The notes under the pieces were generated by a model that was given only the letters and a program-made list of their open reading frames with translations, did not search any database and was not told where the DNA came from. A DNA stretch of 64,000 nt, from NCBI GenBank assembly GCA_040394635.1, contig JBEBRW010000010.1, positions 39,340-103,339 of the forward strand, in the 5' to 3' direction. Position 1 is the stretch's first letter; every line of letters starts with the position of its first letter. This DNA comes from Victivallis vadensis. GTDB lineage: Bacteria; Verrucomicrobiota; Lentisphaeria; Victivallales; Victivallaceae. Position numbers and translations under genes: made by a program. Shown piece after piece: positions 16,689-26,339 of the stretch.

Positions 16689-18803
16689 ATGATTAAACCG
16701 GCAGAAGATATCCGCAGACTTGACGACCGTTTCTTTGACGAAACGGAGCAGCCCGCCGTGGAAATTCCCCTTGAGGAATTCATGGAAGAATACGAGGCAG
16801 TGAGCTACCGCGAAGTCGGCGAAATCACCGACATTCCCGATATCGTCACCCCGACCCGCGATTTCTTCGCCGAAACCGGTCCGCTCGCCAAATCCGCCAT
16901 GGCCGGCAACCGCCCCTACGAACACCGCCCGCAGCAGACCGATATGGCGATCAATACCGCCATGGCGCTGCAGGGCCGTTACAACCTCTGCGTGGAGGCC
17001 CCCACCGGCGTCGGCAAAAGTTTCGCTTATCTGATCCCCGCCATTCATTTCGCCAAGACCCAGACCTGCCCGGTGGTCGTCTCCACCGAAACGATCAACC
17101 TGCAGGAACAGCTGGTCGAAAAAGATATTCCGTTTTTAAGCGACGTCACCGGCATCGAGTTCCGCGCCGCCCTGGCCAAGGGCCGCAGCAACTATCTCTG
17201 CCAGCGCCGTTTGCACATGGCCTCGTCCGAACATCAGGACCAGCTACTGCCGCTGGCCTCGCTGGTGCTGGATCTCGAGCGCATGGCGCACTGGCTCGAC
17301 AAAGGCGGCACCGGCGACCGCGACGACATCAATTTCCGCTATGACCCCATCGCCTGGAGTTACTGCTGCTGCGAGGCCGGCAACTGCATGGGCAACAAAT
17401 GCGCCTATTTCCGCAGTTGTTTCTACTGGAAGGCCCGGATGGAGTGGGAAAAGGCCGACATCATCGTGACCAACCACGCCATGTTCTTCACCGATTTGAA
17501 GATGAAGCAGGACGTCAGCCTCGACATGACACTGCTCCCCAAGTGGAGCGCCGTCATCATCGACGAGGCCCACACGCTCGAGGACAGCGCCGCTTCGCAC
17601 CTCGGCCTGCGGGTATCCAGCGGCGGCTTGCAGGGCTTCCTGAACCGTCTCTTCAACCCCGACAACGGGCGCGGCATCCTGCTGCGCAAGGGCGAGGAAG
17701 CGATGAACCTGCGCAAGATCATCGCCGAGCTCAAACCGCAGACCAGCGCCTTCTTTTCGCTGTTCGAAAACATGCTGGCGGAGAAAAACGATTCCGTTTA
17801 CCGCGTCCATACTCCGAAAATGGTGCCGAACCTGCTCGCCGCCGGCCTCGGCCGCCTCCGCAACGCCCTGGCGGCATTTGCCGAAATCCAGGAGGAAGAC
17901 AAAAACTTCAAAACCGAGCTCGAGGCCCAGGTCAGCCGCTGCGACGCCTTTATCGACGGCATCGATGCCTTTATCGACATGGCTTATCCCGAGCACGTCT
18001 ATTGGATCGAGGAGGAAAAAGGCGGCGTAACGCTGCAGGGCGCCCCCCTGAACATCCCGGAACTGCTCGAACAAATCCTGTTCCACAAACGCTACCCGGT
18101 GGTCCTGACCAGCGCCACGCTCACGGTCCGGCGGACCTTCGACTATTTCCGCTCGCGCACCGGCTTTATCAACGGCACCGAATTGAGGCTGGATTCGCCG
18201 TTCTCGCCCGATCAGGTGCGGCTCTATATCCCGCGCTCGATGCCGGAGCCGAACCACGACGATTACAAAGACGCGCTGGTGCAGCAGATTCCGCGCTTCC
18301 TGGACGTGACCCACGGCAAGGCGTTCGTGCTGTTCACCAGTTACCAGCTGCTGCGCCACTGCGCGGAAAAACTGCGCTATTATTTTGACGAAAGAGGCAT
18401 CGCGCTCCTCACCCAGGGCGAAATGAACCGCACGCAGATGCTGCGCGAATTCAAAAACGACATTGACTCGGTGATCTTCGGCACGGACAGTTTCTGGACC
18501 GGTGTCGACGTACCGGGCGAAGCCCTCAGCAACGTGATTCTGACCAAATTTCCGTTTGCCGTGCCGTCACACCCGCTGATCGCCGCCCGCTGCGAGCGCA
18601 TCGAAAAATCCGGCCAGAGCGCCTTCATGGAATACAGCCTGCCGGAAGCGGTGCTGAAGTTCCGCCAGGGCATCGGCCGACTGATCCGCAGCAAGGACGA
18701 CACCGGCATCATCGTGATCCTCGACCGACGCGTCATCTCCAAACGCTACGGCCAGATGTTCATCGAATCCCTGCCCCCCTACCCCGTCGAATACGTCAAC
18801 TAA
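16689..18803 (+). CDS. dinG: DinG-family ATP-dependent DNA helicase (Fe-S, XPD-like)
   Basis: Walker A VEAPTGVGKSF, DEAH box IIDEAHTLED, and a Cys cluster (CCCEAGNCMGNKCAYFRSC) between the motifs. 704 aa. Confidence 0.9.
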   Translation: MIKPAEDIRRLDDRFFDETEQPAVEIPLEEFMEEYEAVSYREVGEITDIPDIVTPTRDFFAETGPLAKSAMAGNRPYEHRPQQTDMAINTAMALQGRYNLCVEAPTGVGKSFAYLIPAIHFAKTQTCPVVVSTETINLQEQLVEKDIPFLSDVTGIEFRAALAKGRSNYLCQRRLHMASSEHQDQLLPLASLVLDLERMAHWLDKGGTGDRDDINFRYDPIAWSYCCCEAGNCMGNKCAYFRSCFYWKARMEWEKADIIVTNHAMFFTDLKMKQDVSLDMTLLPKWSAVIIDEAHTLEDSAASHLGLRVSSGGLQGFLNRLFNPDNGRGILLRKGEEAMNLRKIIAELKPQTSAFFSLFENMLAEKNDSVYRVHTPKMVPNLLAAGLGRLRNALAAFAEIQEEDKNFKTELEAQVSRCDAFIDGIDAFIDMAYPEHVYWIEEEKGGVTLQGAPLNIPELLEQILFHKRYPVVLTSATLTVRRTFDYFRSRTGFINGTELRLDSPFSPDQVRLYIPRSMPEPNHDDYKDALVQQIPRFLDVTHGKAFVLFTSYQLLRHCAEKLRYYFDERGIALLTQGEMNRTQMLREFKNDIDSVIFGTDSFWTGVDVPGEALSNVILTKFPFAVPSHPLIAARCERIEKSGQSAFMEYSLPEAVLKFRQGIGRLIRSKDDTGIIVILDRRVISKRYGQMFIESLPPYPVEYVN

Positions 18804-18815
18804 GCGAGGTTTGCC

Positions 18816-19601
18816 ATGCATAAATTATTCTTCTCTGCGCTGTTACTGATTTCCTGCGGATTCCTTTCGGCGGAGGAAAAATTCGAGCTCAGATCCATCC
18901 CCTACGAGGTCGACGGCGTCAAATACGAGTGCAAGACGTATTACGCGAGCCACAAACAAAATTCCAGCAGAATGCACGAACAGATATTGAATCTTGTTTC
19001 GGAAAAAATTTTCGCCCTGAATGGCGTGCCCAAAGTCACCCCCGAGCAAGAAACTCAAATCAATGTCGTGGTCTATAACGAAATGACCGGCAAGGAAGAA
19101 TTTGCAAAAATGGCCAAAGGTATGTCAGGCTATTTTACCCGGCAGGCAGAAGGAATCGTAATGCTGCACGAACAAAAACTTGATCCACTGGAAGTCGGCA
19201 AAAAGTTGTTTCCTGACACCAATGATCAAACCATGATGTCCTGGATGAATGCCTCCTGCACGTACACATATGAATGGGCCAAGAAGTTTCTGACTTATGA
19301 CGAAAAAGAAAAAATCGGCACCTTATTTGCGCCGAAGAAAATCCAAATGGCCAAATTCATCATCTGGGCCGAAAAACTCTCCGCCCGGTACCCGGCCAAA
19401 GAAGATGCCCTGAGGCAGATCAACGCTCAGCTTGAAGAACTGAACATAGTAGTTCCGGAAGAATACAAAGCGGTAAAACCAAACATCGGCACCGCCCTGA
19501 GAAACGTCTACAAAATGTTAAATACGCCGGACTGGCCGGAAGAAATGAAGCAAATCGTAAAAATCATTCAAACACCCTCCCCCGCCGAGCAAATCAATTA
19601 G
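18816..19601 (+). CDS. Secreted hypothetical protein (261 aa)
   Basis: Signal peptide MHKLFFSALLLISCGFLSAEE. It lies 12 nt after dinG and has a tandem paralogue downstream. Confidence 0.7.
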   Translation: MHKLFFSALLLISCGFLSAEEKFELRSIPYEVDGVKYECKTYYASHKQNSSRMHEQILNLVSEKIFALNGVPKVTPEQETQINVVVYNEMTGKEEFAKMAKGMSGYFTRQAEGIVMLHEQKLDPLEVGKKLFPDTNDQTMMSWMNASCTYTYEWAKKFLTYDEKEKIGTLFAPKKIQMAKFIIWAEKLSARYPAKEDALRQINAQLEELNIVVPEEYKAVKPNIGTALRNVYKMLNTPDWPEEMKQIVKIIQTPSPAEQIN

Positions 19602-19613
19602 GCGAGGTCCACC

Positions 19614-20405
19614 GTGTATAAATCATTTTTTTCTGTGCTGATATTGATTTCCTGCGGGTTCCTTTCGGCCGAGTAAAAATTCGAACTTCAATCCATACCC
19701 TTCGAAGTCGGCGGCATCAAATACGAGTGTAAAACCTATTATACCACGCATAAGCAGAATTTCGATAAATTACGCGAAAAGCTGCAAAACATCGTGGTGG
19801 AAAAAATCTCTGCTCTAAATGGTGTTTCAGGAATCACCTCCAAGCAAAAAGCCCAAATCACGGTATTGGCCTATGACGAAATCGCCGCCAAACCAGCCCG
19901 TTTTGAAATGGCCCGGGAAATGCTACCCCATATTACCCGCATCGCCGAAGGAATCGTAATGCAGCATGAGCAGAAGCTCGATCCGCTGGAAGTCGGTAAA
20001 AAACTTTTTGCCGATACCGGCAATGACTCCATGATTTCCTGGTTGGACGCCTCCTGCACTTACACTTATGAATGGGCAAAAAAATTTCTGGCTGATAATG
20101 AAAAAGAAAAAATCGGGACTCTGGTTGCCGTCAGAAAAATCCAGATGGCGAACTTCATCCTCCTGGCAAAAAAACTGTCCGCCCGATATCCAAAAGAAGA
20201 AGATGGGTTGAACTATATTGCCGCTCAACTTAAAGAGCTGGACATAAAAGTTCCGGATGACTACCAAGCAGTAGAATATAGCATCAGTGCCCTCATAAAC
20301 GACATCTATACTCTTTCGAAAATGGAATGGCCGGAAGAACTAAAGCAAATTGCGAAAATCCTTCACCCCCCCTCCCCCACCGAGCAAATCAGCAAAGGAG
20401 AGTGA
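19614..20405 (+). pseudogene. Tandem paralogue of 18816..19601, interrupted by an in-frame TAA after the signal peptide
   Basis: The GTG at 19614 gives VYKSFFSVLILISCGFLSAE. TAA (19674..19676) then replaces the GAA seen in copy 1. The same frame continues KFELQSIPFEVGGIKYECKTYY... and joins track ORF 19794..20405. Confidence 0.6.
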
Positions 20406-20406
20406 A

Positions 20407-20826
20407 ATGGAAAAGATAACAGAAAAAGACTGGGAAAAAGTGATGGCCCTCGCCTGTGATATTGCCAATACCGATGATCCGCCAATCGAACGAGCCGCTC
20501 GCAAGCGATATTTCAATTATATGCGCACTCTATTAAAAAAATATGGAGAACAGCCTCAGATTCTGGCTTCGACTGCGGATTTTTACACATCAGGCAAAAG
20601 AGCTATTCCGCTTCTGGAAAAAGCTTATCAGCTGGCTGTTGAAGAAAATAATGCCTATGAAAAGACACTGATCGCCGACTCGATACTCAACCGTCTGGCC
20701 GAAAGCATAAAACCGGATCATTCGGAAGTCCGAAAATGGCTGGATATCCTTGAACAGAACTTAAAAGATCATCCCGACAAACATATAAAAGCCAATTTCA
20801 AACGAATCTCCTCAGACTTCCGGTAA
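20407..20826 (+). CDS. Hypothetical helical protein (139 aa)
   Basis: The ATG at 20407 follows AAAGGAGAG (MEKITEKDWEKV...). The upstream part of the track ORF overlaps the previous gene. Confidence 0.6.
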   Translation: MEKITEKDWEKVMALACDIANTDDPPIERAARKRYFNYMRTLLKKYGEQPQILASTADFYTSGKRAIPLLEKAYQLAVEENNAYEKTLIADSILNRLAESIKPDHSEVRKWLDILEQNLKDHPDKHIKANFKRISSDFR

Positions 20827-22125
20827 CTCCTCTTCAATTTTCAATTTTCCATTATCAATTTTCAATTGAGAAAATCCCTGCGAAGCCAGCCACAGTGCGG
20901 TCGTCAGCACCAGGATTTTCTGCCCCTGAATCCGGACCGGGCGCCCACCGATGTTTAGCGAGAAAAACAGCCCCAGTCCACAGATTATGACCAGCCACGC
21001 CACGCGGAAACGGAATTTCATCGCGTCACCGCTCTTTTTCAGCAGCAGCAGAATCAGCATAATTACCACCGTCAAGATCAGCATGTTGATGCTGATACGG
21101 TGCAGTTTCAGCGTGCCGGATGGCGCCATGCCGATCCCGGTCAGCGCCGCCCCCATGACCAGCCCGGCGATCATCACTGTCCGCCCCAGCCAGTTGCGCC
21201 CCACGCCAAGCGAACGGCTGAACCAGTACATCGCGATGCAGATACCGCCCACTGACAGCGCCCCGTTGTAGATCATGAAATAGCGGTAGACAAACTGTTT
21301 TCCCTCGGCATCCGTCAGGAAAATATTGCCCATGATGCTCATCCAGTGCTTCTGCCAGTTGAACCCGACCTCCTGCGCGTGACCGGGAAATACCAGCGTT
21401 CCGATCAGCATCAGCGCCAGCATGGCGAACGCCCCCAGGAAGATCGCCCATGCCCCGAATTTTCTAGTCAGTTCAACGGCCTCCGCCTGAATTTCGCGGA
21501 CTCCGCCGCGGACCTGCCGGTACAGCAGCACGGACTGCGTCACCATGTAAGTAAAGATCAACAGTACAAACGACTTCTGAAACAACGCCGAACCGTACGG
21601 CAGATAATTCTTTTTCGTCCACTGAAAAATGAAATAAAGCGGAATACAGGCGAGGAACAGCCCGAACCATTGCCAGTTGAACGGTTCGTCGGCCTTTTTC
21701 AGCGAAAACATGCACACGCAAAAGGCCAGGATCGCCGTCATCGAGCCGACCACATGCATCTGAGTCGGCGCGTCCGCCGGCGTAATGCCGATATTCATCA
21801 CCCCGAGCCCCATCAGCAACCCGCAGATCAGCGTCCGCAAAACCGCTCCCCGGCTCTCCATCAGCAGCGCCCGCGCCCCCCAGAACGGAATACAGCTGAT
21901 CCCCCAGATCAACAGCGCAAAATTGTACACCGAAAAATAATAATACGGCTCCTTGCCGTTCGCCGTTCTGATGTAAATCCGCCCGAGCGTGCTCAAATCG
22001 CGCTGCCACCACTCATAACCGGGGTAAATGCTCCACGCGCAAACGATCACCGCCACTGTCAACACAATCCCTACGATCGTGACAATAAACCCATCCTGAA
22101 CCCGTGATTTCGATATGAGAAACAT
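20812..22125 (-). CDS. Polytopic membrane protein with an internal duplication
   Basis: 437 aa, with about 12 hydrophobic segments. The two halves resemble each other (YYYFSVYNFALLIWGISCIPFW versus VYRYFMIYNGALSVGGICIAMYW). Confidence 0.75.
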   Translation of the reverse strand: MFLISKSRVQDGFIVTIVGIVLTVAVIVCAWSIYPGYEWWQRDLSTLGRIYIRTANGKEPYYYFSVYNFALLIWGISCIPFWGARALLMESRGAVLRTLICGLLMGLGVMNIGITPADAPTQMHVVGSMTAILAFCVCMFSLKKADEPFNWQWFGLFLACIPLYFIFQWTKKNYLPYGSALFQKSFVLLIFTYMVTQSVLLYRQVRGGVREIQAEAVELTRKFGAWAIFLGAFAMLALMLIGTLVFPGHAQEVGFNWQKHWMSIMGNIFLTDAEGKQFVYRYFMIYNGALSVGGICIAMYWFSRSLGVGRNWLGRTVMIAGLVMGAALTGIGMAPSGTLKLHRISINMLILTVVIMLILLLLKKSGDAMKFRFRVAWLVIICGLGLFFSLNIGGRPVRIQGQKILVLTTALWLASQGFSQLKIDNGKLKIEEELPEV

Positions 22126-22306
22126 AATTCCGCCCTTATTTTGCCTATATGAAAAATACGCCGATATCCGTTAAATTCAAGTAATTAAAAGATCAATCTG
22201 ATTACAAATGTAAATTTTCTTTACGTTTTTTGTTTCTAAGCACTTGCTTTAATGAAAATCCGGCGTTATTTTAATAATATAACGACACCGAATTCCGGGG
22301 AATTTT

Positions 22307-22903
22307 ATGAAGAACAAGACTCAAAAATCACAGGCCAAAAAGTCGCGGATGAAGAAAATCCTGATTCCGCTGGGCATACTGGTTCCGATCATCCTGATCC
22401 TGGTCGTCATCAGCTTTTTCGTGGAACGCGAACCGATGACGCCGAAAGAAATTCTGGACAAAAACGAGTGGTCCGAAAAAGAGCTGACCCGCACCCTTTC
22501 GCGCACCATGCAACTGCAGACCGACCGCGAGTTCCGTCAGAACGTCACCAAGCACCTGAATAACCAGCTCCACAAGCTGCCGCCCGAACGGCAGTCCGAA
22601 ATCCGGGTCGCCGCCGTGAGCGACGCCATGAACAAAAGTCTGCAGCAGTTACGCACCCTGCGCCCGGCCGAGCGCGAGAATCTGATGCAGCGGATGCACA
22701 ATCAGGTGGACCGCCATTATGACCGGGTCAAAAATATGTCCAGCGAGCAGCGGAAAAAGATGCGGGAAGAAAGCGAAAGCGCCGAGTCCAAAGCCATCGT
22801 CAATGAGGCCAACCGGATCGTAATCATTCAGATGACCCCGGAGGAACGCCGGGACTTCAACCCCATCATCGAAAAATGGCTGAAAACCATGCGGGAGATT
22901 TAA
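22307..22903 (+). CDS. Single-pass membrane protein with a charged helical ectodomain
   Basis: Basic N-terminus, one TM segment ([22 protein letters not shown]), then a Lys/Glu/Arg-rich region. Confidence 0.65.
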   Translation: MKNKTQKSQAKKSRMKKILIPLGILVPIILILVVISFFVEREPMTPKEILDKNEWSEKELTRTLSRTMQLQTDREFRQNVTKHLNNQLHKLPPERQSEIRVAAVSDAMNKSLQQLRTLRPAERENLMQRMHNQVDRHYDRVKNMSSEQRKKMREESESAESKAIVNEANRIVIIQMTPEERRDFNPIIEKWLKTMREI

Positions 22904-22907
22904 GCTC

Positions 22908-23504
22908 ATGAGAAGAACACGCACCCCATTTACACTGATCGAACTCCTGGTCGTGATCGGGATTATCGCCATTCTGGCGGCACTGCTGCTGCCGGCTCTG
23001 GAGCGCAGCCGGATGTCCGCCCGCAAAGCGGCCTGCTCCGGCAACCTGCGCCAGCTCGGGCTGGCCCTGAACATGTACGCCGACGCCAACAACTTTTTCC
23101 TGCCGGTCTGCAAACCGCTGTCACCAGACTCCGAAATCAAGAGCGTTGGCGGTATTGCCAAGAATTATTACGACTATGATACCAGAACTGATCCGACATT
23201 GCCGGAAGCACTGGCCCCATATGTCGGGCGTCAGGAAGGCGATAAAGATAAAAAAATCAAGGTTTTTCATTGTCCGGGCGATGCCACCTGTTTTGAAGAA
23301 TTCAATTCGAGTTACGAATGGAACTTCTTCTTGAACGGACTCAAAGTTGACCAGAAAACCTATAAACTGGTTCTCTCGCTGGAGATGAAGAATCCGGTCT
23401 TCATGATGGATGCAGGTCAGTTTCACGGCAAAGATGAAAAAGGCAAAAATTATCTGTACGAGAACGGCACCGTGCTGAATGAATTTCTCACGGAGATTCT
23501 CTGA
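22908..23504 (+). CDS. Prepilin-type N-terminal cleavage/methylation domain protein (pseudopilin-like)
   Basis: [31 protein letters not shown]. Its stop overlaps the ATG of the ABC ATPase (TGATG). Confidence 0.8.
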   Translation: MRRTRTPFTLIELLVVIGIIAILAALLLPALERSRMSARKAACSGNLRQLGLALNMYADANNFFLPVCKPLSPDSEIKSVGGIAKNYYDYDTRTDPTLPEALAPYVGRQEGDKDKKIKVFHCPGDATCFEEFNSSYEWNFFLNGLKVDQKTYKLVLSLEMKNPVFMMDAGQFHGKDEKGKNYLYENGTVLNEFLTEIL

Positions 23505-24421
23505 TGCTTCAATGTAATGGTTTGACCAAGATTTATCAGGGGCGGCGTGCCGTCGACAATGTGACTTTCGAGATGCGTTCCGGCCGGGTCATGGGGCTGG
23601 TCGGCCCCAACGGCGCGGGCAAAAGCACGTTATTGAAAATGGTGACCGGGCTGATCTGGCCCTCCGCCGGCAATGTGGAGATCGACGGGCACGACGTCCA
23701 CCAGAACCAGCGCCTGGCACTGGCCAACGTCGGGGCAATCATCGAGTGGCCGGCGTTTTATCCGGACCTCTCGGCGCAGCGCAATTTGCAGATCCTTTCC
23801 GGCGGCCACGGCCCCGAATACGAAAAACGCCTGAAAGAGATCATCCATATGGTCAATCTGGATGGGCGAATGAAGGACAAAGTGGGGCGTTACTCCACCG
23901 GCATGAAGCAGCGGCTCGGCATCGCGCTGGCGCTGCTGCCTGACTCCCGGTTCATCATCCTCGACGAGCCGACCAACGGGCTCGACCCGCTGGGGCTGCT
24001 CGAAATACGCCGGATCATCCGCGAATACAACCAGATGTTCAACACGACGATTCTGGTGACCACGCACCTGCTCTCGGAAATCGAACAGGTGGCGGACGAC
24101 ATCGCCATCATCAACCGAGGCCGGCTGATCGCGTTCGGCGATATGAACGCGCTGCTGGCCGGCGACAACCTCCTGAAAATCGTGGTTTCCGACAACGAGG
24201 CCGCGGTCAAGATCCTGCAGGCGAGCGAGCTGCCGATCGACAAAATCCACATCACCGGAGCGGAAGGGCTCCAACTCAAGCTGACCTGTTGCGACTGCGT
24301 CAGCGATATCAACGAACTGCTGGTCCGGAACAATATCAAAGTCTCCTGTCTGAATCTGGTCCGGAAAACCCTGGAAAGCTTTTTCCTGGAAAGCACCGAG
24401 GAGGACGAACATGTTTCGTGA
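23504..24421 (+). CDS. ABC transporter ATP-binding protein (ABC-2 exporter type)
   Basis: Walker A GPNGAGKST, signature YSTGMKQRL, Walker B FIILDEPTNGLD. Confidence 0.9.
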   Translation: MLQCNGLTKIYQGRRAVDNVTFEMRSGRVMGLVGPNGAGKSTLLKMVTGLIWPSAGNVEIDGHDVHQNQRLALANVGAIIEWPAFYPDLSAQRNLQILSGGHGPEYEKRLKEIIHMVNLDGRMKDKVGRYSTGMKQRLGIALALLPDSRFIILDEPTNGLDPLGLLEIRRIIREYNQMFNTTILVTTHLLSEIEQVADDIAIINRGRLIAFGDMNALLAGDNLLKIVVSDNEAAVKILQASELPIDKIHITGAEGLQLKLTCCDCVSDINELLVRNNIKVSCLNLVRKTLESFFLESTEEDEHVS

Positions 24422-25256
24422 GACTTACTACGAGATCATCAAGATCTTCACCCAGAAGAAGAATTTCGTCGTCATTTTCGGGCACCTCTTCATGATGGCG
24501 CTGTGTTTCGTGGCGTTCAAAACCAACGATTTCAAGTTCATCGGCGGGGATGTCCGCGACATGTTCAGCGGCGACATCATGCAATTCATCGACGGTATGT
24601 TTTTCGCCCGGCTGGCCGCCATCCCGACGTTTATGATGATCATGCCGATTTTCGTTTCCACACTGGCGGGGGATATTATCGCCGGTGAAATTCAGGATGG
24701 CTCGCTGAAACTTTATCTGGCACGGCCGCGCTCGCGAATCCGGCTGGTCGCCAGCAAAATGCTGGCCATATTCGCCGTCACGCTGCTTTATTCGCTGTAT
24801 TTCTCGCTGGTCTGCCTGCTGATCGGCATCATCTTTTTCGGACTGCCAAACAGTTCGCAGCTTATCTACATGCGCGGCATGGGCCTGGGCAACAGCATCG
24901 TCCTGATGAACCTGGCGGGGGCCAGCTTCCGCTATCTGCTGATGACGCTGTATTATTCGTTTTCGCTGATGGCGCTGGCAAGCATCGTGCTGTTTCTCTC
25001 GACCGTTTTCAACCGGATGACGGCGGCCACGGTATCCGGCATTACGCTTTACTTCGTCTGCTACATCATCGAGCGGCTGCCGTTTGCGGAAAAAATCGCG
25101 CCGTACATGCTGTCACGCGTGATGAATTATCCGGACCTGTATATCCTGGAAATACCGCTCGGCAGGTTCACCGCAAATATGGCGGCGCTGAGCATATACA
25201 TCGCAGTATTCATGATGCTCAGTATGATCAACTTCAGTATGAAGGACATCAAGTAA
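24411..25256 (+). CDS. ABC-2 type transporter permease
   Basis: 281 aa, about 6 TM segments, with an 11-nt overlap onto the ATPase gene. Confidence 0.8.
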   Translation: MFRETYYEIIKIFTQKKNFVVIFGHLFMMALCFVAFKTNDFKFIGGDVRDMFSGDIMQFIDGMFFARLAAIPTFMMIMPIFVSTLAGDIIAGEIQDGSLKLYLARPRSRIRLVASKMLAIFAVTLLYSLYFSLVCLLIGIIFFGLPNSSQLIYMRGMGLGNSIVLMNLAGASFRYLLMTLYYSFSLMALASIVLFLSTVFNRMTAATVSGITLYFVCYIIERLPFAEKIAPYMLSRVMNYPDLYILEIPLGRFTANMAALSIYIAVFMMLSMINFSMKDIK

Positions 25257-25261
25257 TCCGA

Positions 25262-26182
25262 TTACTCGGCCACTGCGGCGGCGGCGGATTCGACCGGCTT
25301 TTCGACCTTTACGTCAACCGGTTTGGATTTTTCAACCGGGGCGACTTCCACCGGCTTGGCTTCTTCCACGACCGGAGCCGGAGCGGCTTCAACAGGTTTT
25401 GCATCTTCCACCACCGGAGTTTCCACCGGCTTGGCTTCTTCTACAACCGGGGGCGGAGCGGCTTCGACGGGTTTCGCTTCTTCCGCTACCGGAGCAACTT
25501 CCGCGGGTTTTAATTCTTCCACGACCGCAGGTGGGACTTCCACAGGTTTTTCGTCTTCCACGACCGCAGGCGGGACTTCCACAGGCTTTTCGTCTTTCGC
25601 GATTTCTTCGGCGGGCTGTTCCACCGGCTTGGCGGTTTCTTCCACGGCGGGAGCCGCAACCGGCTGGGGGTCCAGGCTGATGGCTTCGAGCTTGCCGCTG
25701 ACCGTTCCGGTGGAATCGGTCACATTAGCCGGATCTTTCAGGAATTTCGCCCGGATGACCCGCATATAGGAACTGTGCGAATGCGCCGAAGTCGTATCTT
25801 TGCCGATCTGCCCGTAGGAGGCGAAATCCCGCTCCATCGAGTACCAGAGGGTATCGCTGGTGCTGTCGTTCCAGACCCGTTCGACGGCTCCGGTGACCAC
25901 CGATTCCGGCACCACCTGATGCGCATAAATATAGACGACATCGGCGCCGACCGCCTCGGCTTTGGCGCGGAGTTTCTCGCAAATCTGGGCTTTGGTGAAA
26001 TTGTCGCGCCGTCCGTATGCCACGCAACTGCCGACGTCCACATAATCCTCGGGAATCAGGGTGCGGTCTTCAAAAAGTTTGACTCCGCTGGTGGCCGGAT
26101 AAGTCTGCCCCTCATATTTAACGCTCACGCAACCCGCGATGAAAACCACGGTCAAAATCAATATCGCCACATATTTCAACAT
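25262..26182 (-). CDS. Lipoprotein with a Pro/Glu/Val/Lys-rich repetitive C-terminal tail
   Basis: The ATG at 26182 lies 8 nt after GGAGA (MLKYVAILILTVVFIAGC lipobox). The C-terminus is built from KPVE(V/A)(A)PP(A)VVE(D/E) units. Confidence 0.75.
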   Translation of the reverse strand: MLKYVAILILTVVFIAGCVSVKYEGQTYPATSGVKLFEDRTLIPEDYVDVGSCVAYGRRDNFTKAQICEKLRAKAEAVGADVVYIYAHQVVPESVVTGAVERVWNDSTSDTLWYSMERDFASYGQIGKDTTSAHSHSSYMRVIRAKFLKDPANVTDSTGTVSGKLEAISLDPQPVAAPAVEETAKPVEQPAEEIAKDEKPVEVPPAVVEDEKPVEVPPAVVEELKPAEVAPVAEEAKPVEAAPPPVVEEAKPVETPVVEDAKPVEAAPAPVVEEAKPVEVAPVEKSKPVDVKVEKPVESAAAAVAE

Positions 26183-26279
26183 CTTGCACAATCTCCGTAT
26201 CTGTTTTGTTCATCCTATGAATTTAACACGGCAAAGCCTCATATTCAAGCCAAAAATCGCAAAAACTGCGGTCATGGAG

Positions 26280-26307
26280 TTGACAATCTCCGCCGATGGA
26301 TTAGAGT
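26280..26307 (+). promoter_or_regulatory. Candidate sigma70-type promoter (TTGACA-16-TAGAGT)
   Basis: Hexamers read by eye, about 30 nt upstream of the ATG at 26340. Confidence 0.3.
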
Positions 26308-26339
26308 ATCTGCAAATAATTTGCAAAAGGGATAATACC

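Noticed and set aside
16689-18803. DinG helicase as part of an anti-phage defence system next to the phage-like island
   Set aside because: No nuclease, CRISPR-Cas, or other defence-type partner is adjacent. The downstream genes are secreted hypothetical proteins. It looks like a housekeeping DinG/XPD-type helicase.
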